DNA of 64,000 nucleotides, from positions 10,539,360 through 10,603,359 of the forward strand of contig NC_043019.1 in the NCBI RefSeq assembly GCF_006345805.1. The letters are read 5' to 3'. Numbering within the stretch: the stretch's first letter is position 1; every line of letters begins with the position of its first letter. A program made the position numbers and the translations under genes. Below the pieces are notes generated by a model. The model did not search any database and had not been told where the DNA came from. It saw only the letters and a list, made by a program, of their open reading frames with translations. The stretch is from Octopus sinensis (taxonomy: Eukaryota). This document shows, in pieces, positions 24,616 through 38,799 of this stretch.

Positions 24616-26168
24616 AGGGGAAGATCATAAATGAGATAGTGGCAAGAATCCCAGAAAATAAAATGCTGTTGTAAAAAAATGCCATAGGAGAAAATCCAAC
24701 AGTAACAATGCCACAGGTAAAAATGGTGTCTGTGTTTTAATTTTTTCTAAAATTGGAATAGACGTAAGAAATTACAATTCTACATTCACTCTACCACTGT
24801 ATAAGAACAATTGACTGCTCTTATGAGGACCTGCACAGCTGCCATTTCTTTTCTCCCCCAATAGACTCCTTTGACATCTTGTTCAACCATTTTTCCTGTG
24901 GCACTTTTTCCGGTTACTGGTGGCAATAATAATCCATGGTCCCAGATGGTCATGTTCAGGAATCCAACCAGAAAGTGTAATTATGGCTGTTTCTGATAGG
25001 ACATGCTATTGGAGAAGTACCTGACAGGGGGGAAGACGGGAGGAGGGGGAGACGGGGACGAGCCTCCCCTCAAAAAAAGAAGTGCACCTTTCTAAATAAT
25101 GTTATTATGCCCTTTTATCTTGGAATTATATTCCCTTCTGACCTTGTGCCCTTCCTCCAAAAAAATTCCTGGGACCATGCCTGCTTGAGGTTTCGATTCC
25201 CATGATCCTCTTAAGGAATAGTGGGCAGAGATGGTTGGTTGGTTGGTTGGTTGGTTGGATGGATGGATACGCCAACATAGCATATCTCTCGTTACTAGTT
25301 CAACAAATATCTTGAAGTCTCTAAATTGCTGAAGAGATTTTACTAAGGCTGAAATATGTCATAAGTTGTCTCCCTTACAGGAGACAACTTATGGACATAT
25401 TTAAAACATCCGCCATTTATTTTGGTTGCCTTTTTCTCACCATGTTTATTACCATTAATTACATTTGTGAATTTCATTACGTCTGTCAGTGTGTGTGTGC
25501 ATTTGCATATAGGTCCTTCAGAATGTGGGTATGCCTGTATATTTGTGTACATGTGCATGTATAGGCCATCTGGTGTGAACACACACACACACACACACAC
25601 GCACGCACGCGCGCACGCACGCGCGCGGAGGCATTTCCGCGTTATGGCAACCTCGAGTTGCGGGATTTCGAGACAGTCTATAAATTTTGTTCTTACGGGA
25701 ACTTACATTAAAACTACACTTTCTTCTTAGTTCAATGGCCACGTGCGTTTTTAATTAAGATCAAAGTAAATAATTAACGATTTGAAAAACACACACACAC
25801 ACATAATATACGTTTGTGTGTGTGTGTGTGTGTGTGTTTCTATCAACACGAACACAACCACCAACAGTAATACTAATATATAGTACGAAAAAGATAAGCA
25901 AATCCTTTTCAAACAAAAGACATATAATGAGGTACGTTGGTGTATTTTAGATGTTGAATGAAATATCTTTGATCTTAAGTTTGAGAGGATTGACTGAAGA
26001 CAATACTTGCGACAACAATACAACCGCCAACACTAACAACAATACCCACCCACCGTCACGAACATCTAAACCAATGCGACCCACGTCGTTACCACTATCA
26101 AGCCACCAACTTTTTGGAACCGACTGGTTATAACAGCTACCACCATGTACACCAACACATATGTGTGT

Positions 26169-26210
<42 letters not shown>

Positions 26211-26222
26211 GTGAGTATGTGT

Positions 26223-26431
26223 ACTCTTTTACTCTTTTACTTGTTTCAGTCATTTGACTGCGGCCATGCTGGAGCACCGCCCCTTTAGTCGAGCAAATCG
26301 ACCCCGGAACTTATTCTTTGTAAGCCCAGTACTTATTCTATCGGTCTCTTTTGCCGAACCGCTAAGTGACGGGGACGTAAACACACCAGCATCGGTTGTC
26401 AAGCAATGCTAGGGAGACAAACACAGACACA

Positions 26432-26467
<36 letters not shown>

Positions 26468-26650
26468 TATATATAAACATATATACGACAGGCTTCTTTC
26501 AGTTTCCGTCTACCAAATCCACTCACAAGGCATTGGTTGGCCCGGGGCTAAAGCAGAAGACACTTGCCCAAGATGCCACGCAGTGGGACTGAACCCGGAA
26601 CCATGTGGTTGGTTAGCAAGCTACTTACCACACAGCCACTCCTGCGCCTA
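26223..26650 (-). mobile_element. SINE S1
   Basis: Full-length match to S1. Confidence 0.92.
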
Positions 26651-27121
26651 TGTGTGTGTATATTTATGTTTTAAACCAGAAGTGAAAGGGGCGAATTGCC
26701 TATAAAATCTGCTGGCCCTTTAAGCTAGCTGTAATGATACATTCTCTTCTACAGACCTAAACTTTTTCATCTCATTTTTCCTCATTGCATATACAGGAAT
26801 TAGACAATTTTCCTCTCTCACAAATTAGATCTTTCCTGAAACATTTCTGTTATGGCAAAAGTGACCGCAAGAATAACTACTAGGCATTAGAAAATGTCTT
26901 AGGGTCGATTTGTTCAACTAAAATCCTACAAGATATAGACAAATGACTAAAACAAGATAAAAGATATATAGGTAGGTAGGTACGTACGCACGTATGAGAG
27001 ACAAAACAAAATTCACGGGACGCTTTATTCAGAATCACTACGATCGTTTCGACTCATCATGCATCAATGTCTCACAGTGTTTCTGAATAAAAGGTCTCGT
27101 GAATTCCATTTTCTGTTTTTC

Positions 27122-27154
<33 letters not shown>

Positions 27155-27158
27155 TGTA

Positions 27159-27206
<48 letters not shown>

Positions 27207-27343
27207 AACTCAATGAACACAAAGGAATTCCTGAAGTAAATCCAGTGACATATAACTCCATACAGTTTTGACATCAGATAGCCGAATACTGTAGACAGGC
27301 TTTAAACATCATGCAATATGTATACCCAAATATAAAATTATTA

Positions 27344-27424
<81 letters not shown>

Positions 27425-27731
27425 TATATATATAACACGCACATACGAAAGGCTTCTTGCAGTTTCCGTCTGCAAATTCACTTACAAGGCTTTGGTCGGC
27501 TCGAGGCTATAGTAAAAGATACTTGCCCTAAGTGTCTTAATCTCAGTCAGTCCAATTAAGATCCCATCAATATACGTATACTTACTATGAACTACGATTT
27601 ACTATTGCCCCTTCGGACCTACTTCCCTCTTTAGCCATATTGTTTATTTTATCCCTCACTTTATGTTCAACTATTTTTTTATTCATTTATTCATTTCTTT
27701 TATTTCTTACCCTCAACTACTCTTAGCCTTT

Positions 27732-27774
<43 letters not shown>

Positions 27775-28186
27775 TCCTTTCTTTCCTTCTACAAATAATC
27801 GATCCAATAATCCCGATCTTAAAGTTTTCTTCACATCCGTTGACCTTGACTTTAAACTTAAAAATAATACTAAACTAAAATCTGTATAAATATACATGTG
27901 TGTGTTTACATCCATTATGTATACATGTACTTGTATGTGCATATGTACATCGACTGTTTTTGTTTTGTATGTTTGGTGTGTATATATATCCCTTGTTTCT
28001 ATTTTTGTGTGTGTGTGTGTACATTCATTGTGCGTGTTTGTATGTGCCCATGCTTGTTTGTGTGTATCTGTACCCGGTGTGTTTGTGTGCTTCCTTGCTT
28101 TGGTATAAAAGCGTGTTTGTGTCTTTATTCTTGTCCTTGCGTGCACACATGTATGTATAGCACTGTGCGTACGTATATGGACATCC

Positions 28187-28234
<48 letters not shown>

Positions 28235-28796
28235 TCAACCGCCCCCGTTTGTTGATACAAATGTAACACCCTGAGGTTATTGCACTCATCCAAAACCTTC
28301 AACCGCCTTCTCACATTTGACAAATCTCTGACATATTGACAGGTTTACCCTCAGCTCTTCAGTGCAATCTGACCTAACATTGGTTCGTTTTTCTGTTTGT
28401 TTGTTTATTTGTTTTGAAACCCTGGACTGAACAGATTCTTTAGAGCAGTGCTTCTCAAACCCCTTTTTACTTATTGGCCCTTCTGATTCCTATTTTCCTT
28501 AGATGGACCCTCCGAGCCATTTGATATTTAAAAAATCCTATTATATTTTTTATAATTAAATTTTATTAGGAATTGTATAAAAAAAAAAACTTGATAAAAT
28601 ATTTTGTGTATTGTAAAAATATAAGAATTTTATTTCGTTTTTGTATCTGGCTTGCAAGATTCTTTATGTGAATTCGTGTCTTGAAACAAATTTTGTTGTG
28701 TTTAGGGAGAGTCATCATGCCAATATAATTAACACACACACTGGTTCAATTCCACTCGTTTATTAAATATCCGATTATTTTTTAATCTGATATCTA

Positions 28797-29900
28797 ATGG
28801 CGAAATGCTTAGCGGTATTTCGTCTGCCACTACGTTATGAGTTCAAATTCTGCCGAGGTCGATTTTGCCTTTCATCCTTTTGGGGGTCGATAAATTAAGT
28901 ACCAGTTACACACTGGGGTCGATGTAATCAACTTAATCCGTTTGTCTGTCCTTGTTTGTCCCCTCTGTGTGTAGCCCCTTGCGGGTAGTAAAGAAATAGG
29001 TATTTCGTCTGCCATTACGTTATGAGTTCAAACTCTGCCGAGGTCGACTTTGCCTTTCATCCTTTTGGGGCGATAAATTAAGTACCAGTTATGCACTGGG
29101 GTCGATGTAATCAACTTAATCCGTTTGTCTGTCCTTGTTCGTCCCCTCTGTGTGTAGCCCCTTGTGGGTAGTAAAGAAATAGGTATTTCGTCTGCCACTA
29201 CGTTATGAGTTCAAATTCTGCCGAGGTCGACTTTGCCTTTCATCTTCTCGGGGTCGATTAAATAAGTACCAGTTACGCACTGGGGTCGATGTAATCAACT
29301 TAATCCGTTTGTCTGTCCTTGTTTGTCCTCTCTGTGTGTAGCCCCTTGTGGGTAGTAAAGAAATAGGTATTTCGTCTGCCACTACGTTATGAGTTCAAAT
29401 TCTGCCGAGGTCGACTTTGCCTTTCATCTTCTCGGGGTCGATTAAATAAGTACCAGTTACGCACTGGGGTCGATGTAATCAACTTAATCCGTTTGTCTGT
29501 CCTTGTTTGTCCTCTCTGTGTGTAGCCCCTTGTGGGTAGTAAAGAAATAGGTATTTCGTCTGCCACTACGTTATGAGTTCAAATTCTGCCGAGGTCGACT
29601 TTGCCTTTCATCTTCTCGGGGTCGATTAAATAAGTACCAGTTACGCACTGGGGTCGATGTAATCAACTTAATCCGTTTGTCTGTCCTTGTTTGTCCTCTC
29701 TGTGTGTAGTAAAGAAGTAAGAATCGTTAGCACCCCGGGCAAAATGTTTACCTGCATTTCACCCGTCTTTACGTTCTGAGTTCAATTTCCGCTGAGGTCG
29801 ATTTTCATCTTTTCGGGGGTCAAGTACTGGGGTCGATGTAATCAACTATCCCTCTCCCCACAAATTGCAGGCTTTGTGCCTTTAGTAGAAAAGATTATTA
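28797..29900 (+). repeat. SINE S2 tandem array (5 x ~184 bp) plus a diverged related copy
   Basis: ggtatttcgtctgcc starts at 28814, 28999, 29182, 29366 and 29550; an older copy lies at ~29722-29900. Confidence 0.92.
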
Positions 29901-30779
29901 TTGTTGTTGTTGTTCTGAATAGCGGAGTTGAAGGATACTTCTGACGTAGGTAGCTATGATGTAAATTGAAGAATACAAGAACTTGGCACATTATCATCAT
30001 GCAAACGAGGCCAAATAAATAAATCAATCAATAAAACAAGAAAGCAAAACTGTAAGAAAAAATATATATTACAAACAAAAAAGAAAAACAACAGCAAAAA
30101 TTGACGCTAAGCATTTCGCCAGTAGATATAAGATTTTAAAAAAATAATCGGATATTTAATAAACGAGTGGAATTGAACCAGTGTGTGTGTTAATTATATT
30201 GGCACGATGACTCTCCCTAGACACAACAAAATTTGTTTCAAGACACGAATTCACATAAAGAATCTTGCAAGCCAGATACAAAAACGAAATAAAATTCTTA
30301 TATTTTTACAATACACAAAATATTTTATGAATTTTTTTTATACAATTCCTAATAAAATTGACGGAAAATCAGGATGCTTTAGTAGAAGAATGGTTAGTTG
30401 CAGGAATTAGAAATTTGAGATAATTCAGATTTCAATAACTCCGTCTAGAGGTTAGATCGGGTTGGGGTGGAGGGGTGTTGGAGGGAGGAAGGGAATAGAT
30501 CTTGTTATTGGCTTTTTTTAAATTCATTTTTTAATGATTTTTCAAAATTCTTTTATTCTTTTTATCTTTTCCTTGTTTCAATCATGGGACTGCGGCCATT
30601 CTGGGGCACTGCATTAAAGGGTTTTAGTCGAACAAATTTTTTCTCCGGTGTTTATTTTAACTTTATTTATTTATATATTACATTTTTTTTACTTGTTTCA
30701 GTCATTAGACTGCGGCCATGCTGGAGCACCACCTAGAAAAATTTTCGGTCGATTGAACCAACCCCCAGTACTTTTTTTT

Positions 30780-31187
30780 CTTAAGCGGATACTCACAAAT
30801 GCAAAACTATATTCAAAGCAACATTTTTAAATGTGGACGACCGAACTGTGGAGCATGTCCCAACATAATGGAAGGCTCAGAATTCCATTTTAAACAAAAT
30901 TCAAATTAAAACTGACTTCACTTCTGCCTCTGAAAATCTCATCTATGTCATAACATGTTCTGACTGCAGTAGATATATAGGTTCAACAGGAATGTCCCTA
31001 AGATGTAGAACTACACTACACAAATAACAAATCTACCCCCCCATACCGTAAAATACCACTCAGTGGTCACATAAACACAATAGTCCCACTATACCGATGC
31101 ACGGAAAGGACCCCAACTCAACAACGACTAAATAAAGAGACTACATGTATTGAAAAATACAAGCCAGAACTTAACATGACTATATAA
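30780..31187 (+). pseudogene. Penelope-like element (Neptune-type) Cys-rich linker plus GIY-YIG endonuclease remnant
   Basis: Frameshifted pieces: LKRILTNAKLY; KCGRPNCGACPNIMEGSEF; SENLIYVITCSDCSRYIGSTGMSLRCRTTLH; QRLNKETTCIEKYKPELN. A degenerate hammerhead-like taaaccggtcg follows at ~31412. Confidence 0.8.
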
Positions 31188-31636
31188 TGGACTTCACAAA
31201 TAAAAAACAATCAGAAAAAAGGAAAAAATATTTACTTCCCCTTAACTAAGAAATATTATATCCACTGATTATCCCTTTAGCCAATTATGTTCGCTGATTA
31301 TCCTCTTTGAGCAATATTCTGTATAACCACAAAACTGTATCATACCTGTTTCTACGCAAGTTTATATCAAAAGCTTATGATTTCATAACATTGAATCATG
31401 ATTATCTAAGTTAAACCGGTCGACTCTGTACATACTGTAATAGATTAAATAATTTTTATCTATACAAATAAGATTTCTGTGCTTTTTCAGCTTAAATCTT
31501 ATTTTATATTTACCAACACGTGGAATCTCCCTCTGATTTTTCACACACACACACACAAACACACACACACAACACACACACACACAACACACACACCACA
31601 CACACACACACACACCACACACACACACACACACAC

Positions 31637-31678
<42 letters not shown>

Positions 31679-31682
<4 letters not shown>

Positions 31683-31885
31683 ATCCAAACTTGAAAACAC
31701 AAAGAGAAATCACAACAATGCAAGGACGTGGAACAAGTATAGTGTTATTGGACGCTCAGGAAAGAAGGAAAGAAGGAGGGTTTAACGTTTCGAGAGGAGC
31801 TCTTCGTCAGAAACATAGGAAAAGGAAAGATCCAAAGAAGGGAAGACGGAGGGGAAAAAAATCGCCAACAGTACACACGCGGTCA
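31679..31885 (-). mobile_element. PLE-like remnant, family A, with hammerhead motif
   Basis: Minus 31780-31814 reads GUUU-CUGACGA-A-GAG-CUCCU-CUC-GAAAC-GUU-AAAC. Confidence 0.72.
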
Positions 31886-32348
31886 CATACACACACATAC
31901 GACGGGCTCATTTCAGTTTCCGTCTACAAAATCCACTCACAAGGCTTTGGTCGGCCTGATGCTATAGTAGAAGACACTCATCCTTGGTACCACGCAGTGG
32001 GATTGAACCCGGAACTATGTGGTTGGGAAGCAACACAGACAAAATGCCTCCAGTTATTTTGTCCACCATGATAACAATTTTGCCAGCACGGTGCCTTGAA
32101 AAATAAATAAGTATAATATTTAGTTGGTTGTATGAATGTATGACTGCATACGTGTTAATATCTATACGAAAGAATACATATACGATAGGCACAGAGTGAC
32201 TGTGTGGTAAGTAGCTTGTTTACCAACCACATGGGTCCGGGTTCAGTCCCACTGCGTGGCACCTTGGGCAAGTGTCTTCTACTATAGCCTCGGGTTGACC
32301 AAAGCCTTGTGAGTGGATTTGGTAGACGGAAACTGAAAGAAGCCCGTC

Positions 32349-32360
<12 letters not shown>

Positions 32361-32386
<26 letters not shown>

Positions 32387-32887
32387 GTGTATATGTTTGT
32401 GTGTCTGTGTTCGTCCCTTAAACATTGCTTGACAACTAAATATAAATAGCAACACATTTTACTCACTGGCCAAATTAACCTTCAATAACTAAAAGTTTGA
32501 AAACAACTATTGACGTTTAGGAACGAAGGTCAAGGAGAATGCTTTTATGTACTATTTCTTACTTGTGGAGCAACCATACAGAGACTGCCATCCGATTCCA
32601 TACCCACCCACCCCGGCCAGTTGGATCGATGTTTGAAAATCACATGTTGCATATCGGTTTTTGTGTCATCTAATCACGCCATCTCCTTTGGATATCTCTT
32701 TGCTATTTGGATATCTTTTTGCTATTTTTGGGCCAGTGGTGTGGCAGTGGCGGTGCTATCGCTTTTGATGTTGTTGCTGTTGTTGTTGTTGTTGTTGATC
32801 AATAATACTTATGAGGTCAGTGTCAGCTGACTCATTTCTTAACATCTGTTGTCTTTTTACTGGTTCACTCTCACGCGAGCACGCGCG

Positions 32888-32938
<51 letters not shown>

Positions 32939-33210
32939 ACACACACATACATGCGTAGACATGCATATATTCATATATATATACATATTCTTTTATTTGT
33001 TTCAGTCATTTGACTGCAGCCATGCTGGAGCACCGCCTTTTAGTCGAGCAAATCGACCCCAGGACTTATTCTTTGTAAGCCTAGTACTTATTCTATCGGT
33101 CTCTTTTGCCAAACAGCTAGGTCACGGGGACGTAAACACACCAGCATCGGTTGTCAAGCAATGTTGGGGGGACGAACACAGACACACAAACATATACACA
33201 TATGTATATA

Positions 33211-33252
<42 letters not shown>

Positions 33253-33750
33253 GTGTATATGTTTGTGTGTCTGTGTTCGTCCCTTAAACATTGCTTGACA
33301 ACTAATATAAATAGCAACACATTTTACTCACTGGCCAAATTAACCTTCAATAACTAAAAGTTTGAAAACAACTATTGACGTTTAGGAACGAAGGTCAAGG
33401 AGAATGCTTTTATGTACTATTTCTTACTTGTGGAGCAACCATACAGAGACTGCCATCCGATTCCATACCCACCCACCCCGGCCAGTTGGATCGATGTTTG
33501 AAAATCACATGTTGCATATCGGTTTTTGTGTCATCTAATCACGCCATCTCCTTTGGATATCTCTTTGCTATTTGGATATCTTTTTGCTATTTTTGGGCCA
33601 GTGGTGTGGCAGTGGCGGTGCTATCGCTTTTGATGTTGTTGCTGTTGTTGTTGTTGTTGTTGATCAATAATACTTATGAGGTCAGTGTCAGCTGACTCAT
33701 TTCTTAACATCTGTTGTCTTTTTACTGGTTCACTCTCACGCGAGCACGCG

Positions 33751-33797
<47 letters not shown>

Positions 33798-34058
33798 ACA
33801 CACACATACATGCGTAGACATGCATATATTCATATATATATACATATTCTTTTATTTGTTTCAGTCATTTGACTGCAGCCATGCTGGAGCACCGCCTTTT
33901 AGTCGAGCAAATCGACCCCAGGACTTATTCTTTGTAAGCCTAGTACTTATTCTATCGGTCTCTTTTGCCAAACAGCTAGGTCACGGGGACGTAAACACAC
34001 CAGCATCGGTTGTCAAGCAATGTTGGGGGGACGAACACAGACACACAAACATATACAC

Positions 34059-34090
<32 letters not shown>
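32361..34090. repeat. 865-bp near-perfect tandem duplication
   Basis: Identical 106-aa spurious ORFs at 32510 and 33375; unit boundaries fall in (AT)n tracts. Confidence 0.95.
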
Positions 34091-34121
<31 letters not shown>

Positions 34122-34281
34122 ACGGCTTCTTTCAGTTTCCGTCTACCAAATCCACTCACAAGGCTTTGGTCAACCCGAGGCTATAGTAGAAGACACTTGC
34201 CCAAGTTGCCACGCAGTGGGACTGAACCCGGAACCATGTGGTTAGTAAACAAGCTACTTACCACACAGTCACTCTGTGCCT
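33848..34281 (-). mobile_element. SINE S1 (inverted partial copy at 32186-32436)
   Basis: Full-length S1 carrying private variants shared with the inverted copy. Confidence 0.9.
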
Positions 34282-35557
34282 ATCGTATCTGTATTCGTTC
34301 ATATAGATATTAACACATATGCAGTCATACATTCATACAACTACACATATACCTTTGTAGCGTAAACTCGAGTGAAATTCCTCTCTCCTCTAGTATATAC
34401 ACGTGCATTCGGACATAGCAGGTAACGGCTAGCCTTTGGCCGCTATTTGGATCCTATTGTGTCCACTGCTCTGATTGGTTGGTATTGGCACAATTTGTCT
34501 CTTACTCAATTGCGCCAACTGCCGCGTATAACTAAGGACAACCTGTTCAGAACCCCGTTTGAACCTACTGTTACTCATAAAAACTCACCTTCTCCTTTCG
34601 AGGTCTTTCGGTTCCAGGCCTTTTTTAGGTCTAACCACTGACCACGTAGACACAGCCAGTTCCAGCAACGACACCACAGCAGCCACCTTGAGACTTACCA
34701 ACCACGTCCCACAGCATTACGGCAGTCTCCGCCTTCGTCGCCACCATCTTGCTTTCAACGTCATCAACATCATCTCTCTCCATACGCAGCTCAACAAGCA
34801 ACTCGCCCAGGTTCCAACTCTTCACTTCGTGAATTATTTCACCATGACACACATATATTATGGCTGCCCCCTCGTTATCGAGTATGGCCATTGCACGAAG
34901 CTTAACTGTTACTGGTGCTGTGAACGAATGTGACTTTTTAGCCCAGCTAAAGATCTACAATGTCTTGCACAAAATTGATAACTAAAACCTTTACTGGTAA
35001 TAGCTGGCTGTAGATCTGGGGGCCCTTAACTCCGTAGGCCCTCAAGCAACCGTCAAGTGTGTTTAAGCCGTAAGAGAGCACGGTACGCAAATACAACACA
35101 CAGGCAGGCACAATACACTCACACATTCACACATATACCACACACAAACACACACACAGACATAACATGCACACAAGGAATGTGAGTAAATAAACTTCTA
35201 ACATAAAACATATTAATATTAATATTTTGGAATTCTTAATATAATTTTTTTTTTATGTTGATTTCAAATTCACACGCCTCCATCGCCGCCGCCACCACAA
35301 GCGGTAGTAGATTCCATTAGACGTATGAGGGGGGGGGGGGGTTATGTTTCAGTTTTATGGGCTGTTTGGGCTCACGTTGTTTGGGGGTGCTCGAGACGTG
35401 TGGTTCGAGCCAGGAACCCACGTGCGTCGTTACGAAACGCAGGAAAAAGGAAAAAAATTCATGTTGCAGAGATGATGTAAACAACAAGGGAGGGGGAGGG
35501 AAAAGAAGGAGACAGGGGAAGAGTGATGATATTAAGACGAGGAGGAGGAGGAGGGGG

Positions 35558-35745
35558 AGGGAAGTAGCAATTTGAAGAGTAGCACTAGAGTAGGAGAAAC
35601 ACGACAAGAGGGGGAGAACGCAGAATGAAGGCAGGAGGAGGAGGAGCAGGAGGGAAGTAGCAATTTGAAGAGTAGCAATAGAGTAGGAGAAACACGACAA
35701 GAGGGGGAGGAGAACGCAGAATGAAGGCAAGAGGAGGAGGAGGAG
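35558..35745. repeat. ~93-bp purine-rich tandem duplication
   Basis: gggaagtagcaatttgaagagtagca...gcagaatgaaggca occurs twice. Confidence 0.85.
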
Positions 35746-36295
35746 AACAAGAAGAAGAACAACGATATGAGGAGCAGTGGTAGTAGGAAGATAAGCTAGG
35801 GGATGAGGGAAAGAAGTAGAGCAGCGGTGTGAGGAAGGAGGAGGAAGTGTTTGTCGGCAAGTACATACCTACCTCCTACTTCTCCACGTCCTTCACCTCT
35901 TGTTGGGTAATGAAAATAAATATATCTAAGGTCCTTAACCTTTTAATTAGCTCACCTTTCTGTCTACCTATCCATGTCCTCTGCTGACACATATCCCTCT
36001 CATATGACATTCTATACCCTCTTAAGAAAGTAGATATGGTTGAATAATATGGTGGCGTATTCTCTCCATATAGGAAAAAAGATTGGATGGCCATAAATGG
36101 ATCTGCTCGCTCAGTTGACCTTCGTAGGGTTGCTACAGCAGCAAAAAGAATAACAACACTCAACCAACAAAAAGGTACACGATAAGCATTTCTTTTGCTC
36201 AACGCAATAACGATTGTGCCAGCTCGCCACCTTTTGGTTTCAAGATTTGGCACAAGGCCTGCGGTACCTAGTGTTTCGCTGGTGCTTCATTTTAT

Positions 36296-36715
36296 CTATT
36301 TCTTTACTACCCACAAGGGGCTAAAAACAGAGGGGCCAAACAAGGACAGACAAACGGATTAAGTCGATTACATCGACCCCAGTGCGTAACTGGTACTTAA
36401 TTCATCGACCCCGAAAGGATGAAAGCAAAGTCGACCTCGGTGGAATTAGAACTCAGAACGTAACGGCAGACGAAATACCTATTTCTTTACTACCCACAAG
36501 GGGCTAAACACAGAGGGGCCAAACAAGGACAGACAAACGGATTAAGTCGATTACATCGACCCCAGTACGTAACTGGTGCTTCATTTTATCGACTTCGAAA
36601 AGGTGAAAAGCAAACTCGACCTCGGCGGAATTTGAATTCTGAACGTAAAGAATTGAGAAAAATGTCGCCAAGCATTTTGTTCAATGCGCTAACGATTCTG
36701 CTGGCCCGCCACCCT
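36296..36715 (-). mobile_element. SINE S2 dimer merged with an older related SINE
   Basis: Same junction gacgaaatacctatttc at ~36470-36486; ctggtgcttcattttatc is duplicated at ~36278 and ~36573. Confidence 0.8.
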
Positions 36716-36769
36716 CCTGGGCCTCAACAAAAACATCGATAACAACACTAATAACCACCGCAATCTTAC

Positions 36770-37141
36770 CTTTTACTTGTTTCAGTCATTTGACTGCGAC
36801 CATGCTGGAGCACGACCTTGAACAATTTTAGTCGAACGAATCGACTCAAGTACTTATTTTTAAAGCCCAATACTGATTCTGTCGATTACTTTTGCTGAAC
36901 CTCTAAGTTACAGGGACGTGAACACACCAGCACTGGTTGTTAAACGGTCGTGGGGTGGAGGACAAACAGACACAAAGATACACACATATATATATATATA
37001 TGACGGGCTACTTTCAGTTTCTGTCTACCAAATCCATTATCGGCCTGAAACTATAGTAGAAGACACTTATCCAGGGTGGCGCACAGTGGGACTGAACCCG
37101 GGACCAAATGATTGAAAAGCAAACTGCTTACCACACAGCCA
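36770..37141 (-). mobile_element. Diverged SINE S1
   Basis: Older S1-like copy with many substitutions. Confidence 0.75.
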
Positions 37142-37218
37142 TCACCATCATCATCATCATCAAATATATCTCGTCTTTAACAATTATATCTCAACCATCC
37201 CACCATCTTACCTATTCT

Positions 37219-37436
37219 TACCTATTTCTTTATTATCCACAAGGGGCTAAACATAGAGGGGACAAACAAGGACAGACATAGGCATTAAGTCGATTACATC
37301 GACCCCAGTGCGTAACTGGTACTTAATTTATTGACCTCCGAAAGGATGAAAGGCAAAGTCGACCTCGGCGGAATTTGAACTCAGAACGTAACGGCATTTC
37401 GTCCGGCGTGCTAACGATTCTGCCAGCCCGCCGCCT
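37219..37436 (-). mobile_element. SINE S2 monomer
   Basis: Head to tail with a small deletion; the tail ends ...gaaataggta. Confidence 0.85.
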
Positions 37437-37651
37437 TACCTACAACCGCCACAAATTACAGCACGTTCATCGTCTCCCCCCCCCATCCTACCTCAAACAA
37501 TGCGATTATCATCAGCATTATCATCATCATCATCATCAAGAGCAGCAATAGTTACAGCGGTGACGCCAGCAGCCAAATTAGTAGTAGTGGTGGTGGTGGT
37601 GGTGGTGGTGGTGGTGGTAGTGGCGGTGATGGTGGTGGTGGTGGTGTGGTG

Positions 37652-37683
<32 letters not shown>

Positions 37684-37813
37684 GGTGTGGTGGTGGTGGT
37701 TGGTGGTGGTGGTGGGTGGTGGTATAGTAGTAGTAGTTGTGGTGGTGGTGGTGGTGGTGGTGGTAGTAGTAGTAGTGGTGGTGGTGGTGGTGGTGGTGGT
37801 GGTGGTAGTAGTG

Positions 37814-37853
<40 letters not shown>

Positions 37854-38162
37854 CGACAATAGTGCTAGGTGGTGGTGGTGGTGGTGGGGGGGGTCACATG
37901 TACTTTTCTGTCATTTCACAAACATGTAAACATTTGTTGTTTATTTGCGACAGACGGAGCAGAAATAAACAAACGAATGTTTTACAGTGAATAAACTTAT
38001 AAACCGTTGTTGGGCTTGTTTAACACGAGGTGAGTCGTTGAATAAACTGTGTGTGTGTCAGGCATTTGACTGCGGCCATGCTGGGGCACCGCCACGAAGA
38101 GTTGACTCCTGTATTTTAGTTTTTTATTTTTTTCTTCTTTCGAGTCAGTAACTTATTCTATC

Positions 38163-38328
38163 GGCGTAGGAGTGGGCTGTGTGGTAAGTAGCTTGCTTAC
38201 CAACCACATGGTTCCGGGTTCAGTCCCACTGCGTGGCACCTTGGGCAAGTGTCTTCTGCTATAGCCTCGGGCCGACCAAAGCCTTGTGAGTGGATTTGGT
38301 AGACGGAAACTGAAAGAAGCCCGTCGTA

Positions 38329-38419
<91 letters not shown>

Positions 38420-38676
38420 ATATATTATATATATACATATATATGTGTGTGTGTGTATATATATGTTTGTGTGCCTGTGTTTGTCCCCCCAACATCGCTT
38501 GACAACCGATGCTGGTGTGTTTACGTCCCCGTAACTTAGCGGTTCGGCAAAAAAGAACCGATAGAATAAGTACTAGGCTTACAAAGAATAAGTCCTGGGG
38601 TCGATTTGCTCGACCAAAGGCGGTGCTCCAGCATGGCCACAGTCAAATGACTGAAACAAATAAAAGAGTAAAAGAG
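38163..38676 (+). mobile_element. SINE S1 with expanded (AT)n
   Basis: Full-length match to S1. Confidence 0.9.
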
Positions 38677-38799
38677 TATCGCTGTCTTTTGTCGAACCAC
38701 TAAATTGTGGAGACATGGACAAACCAACACCGGTTGTCAAGCGCTGTGGAAGGACTGACAGACACATACACATACCCTCATACACACATACATACACAC

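Noticed and set aside
32510-33695. Duplicated 106-aa gene
   Set aside because: TTG start, no domain, and a microsatellite-derived poly-Leu; identity is due to the 865-bp duplication.
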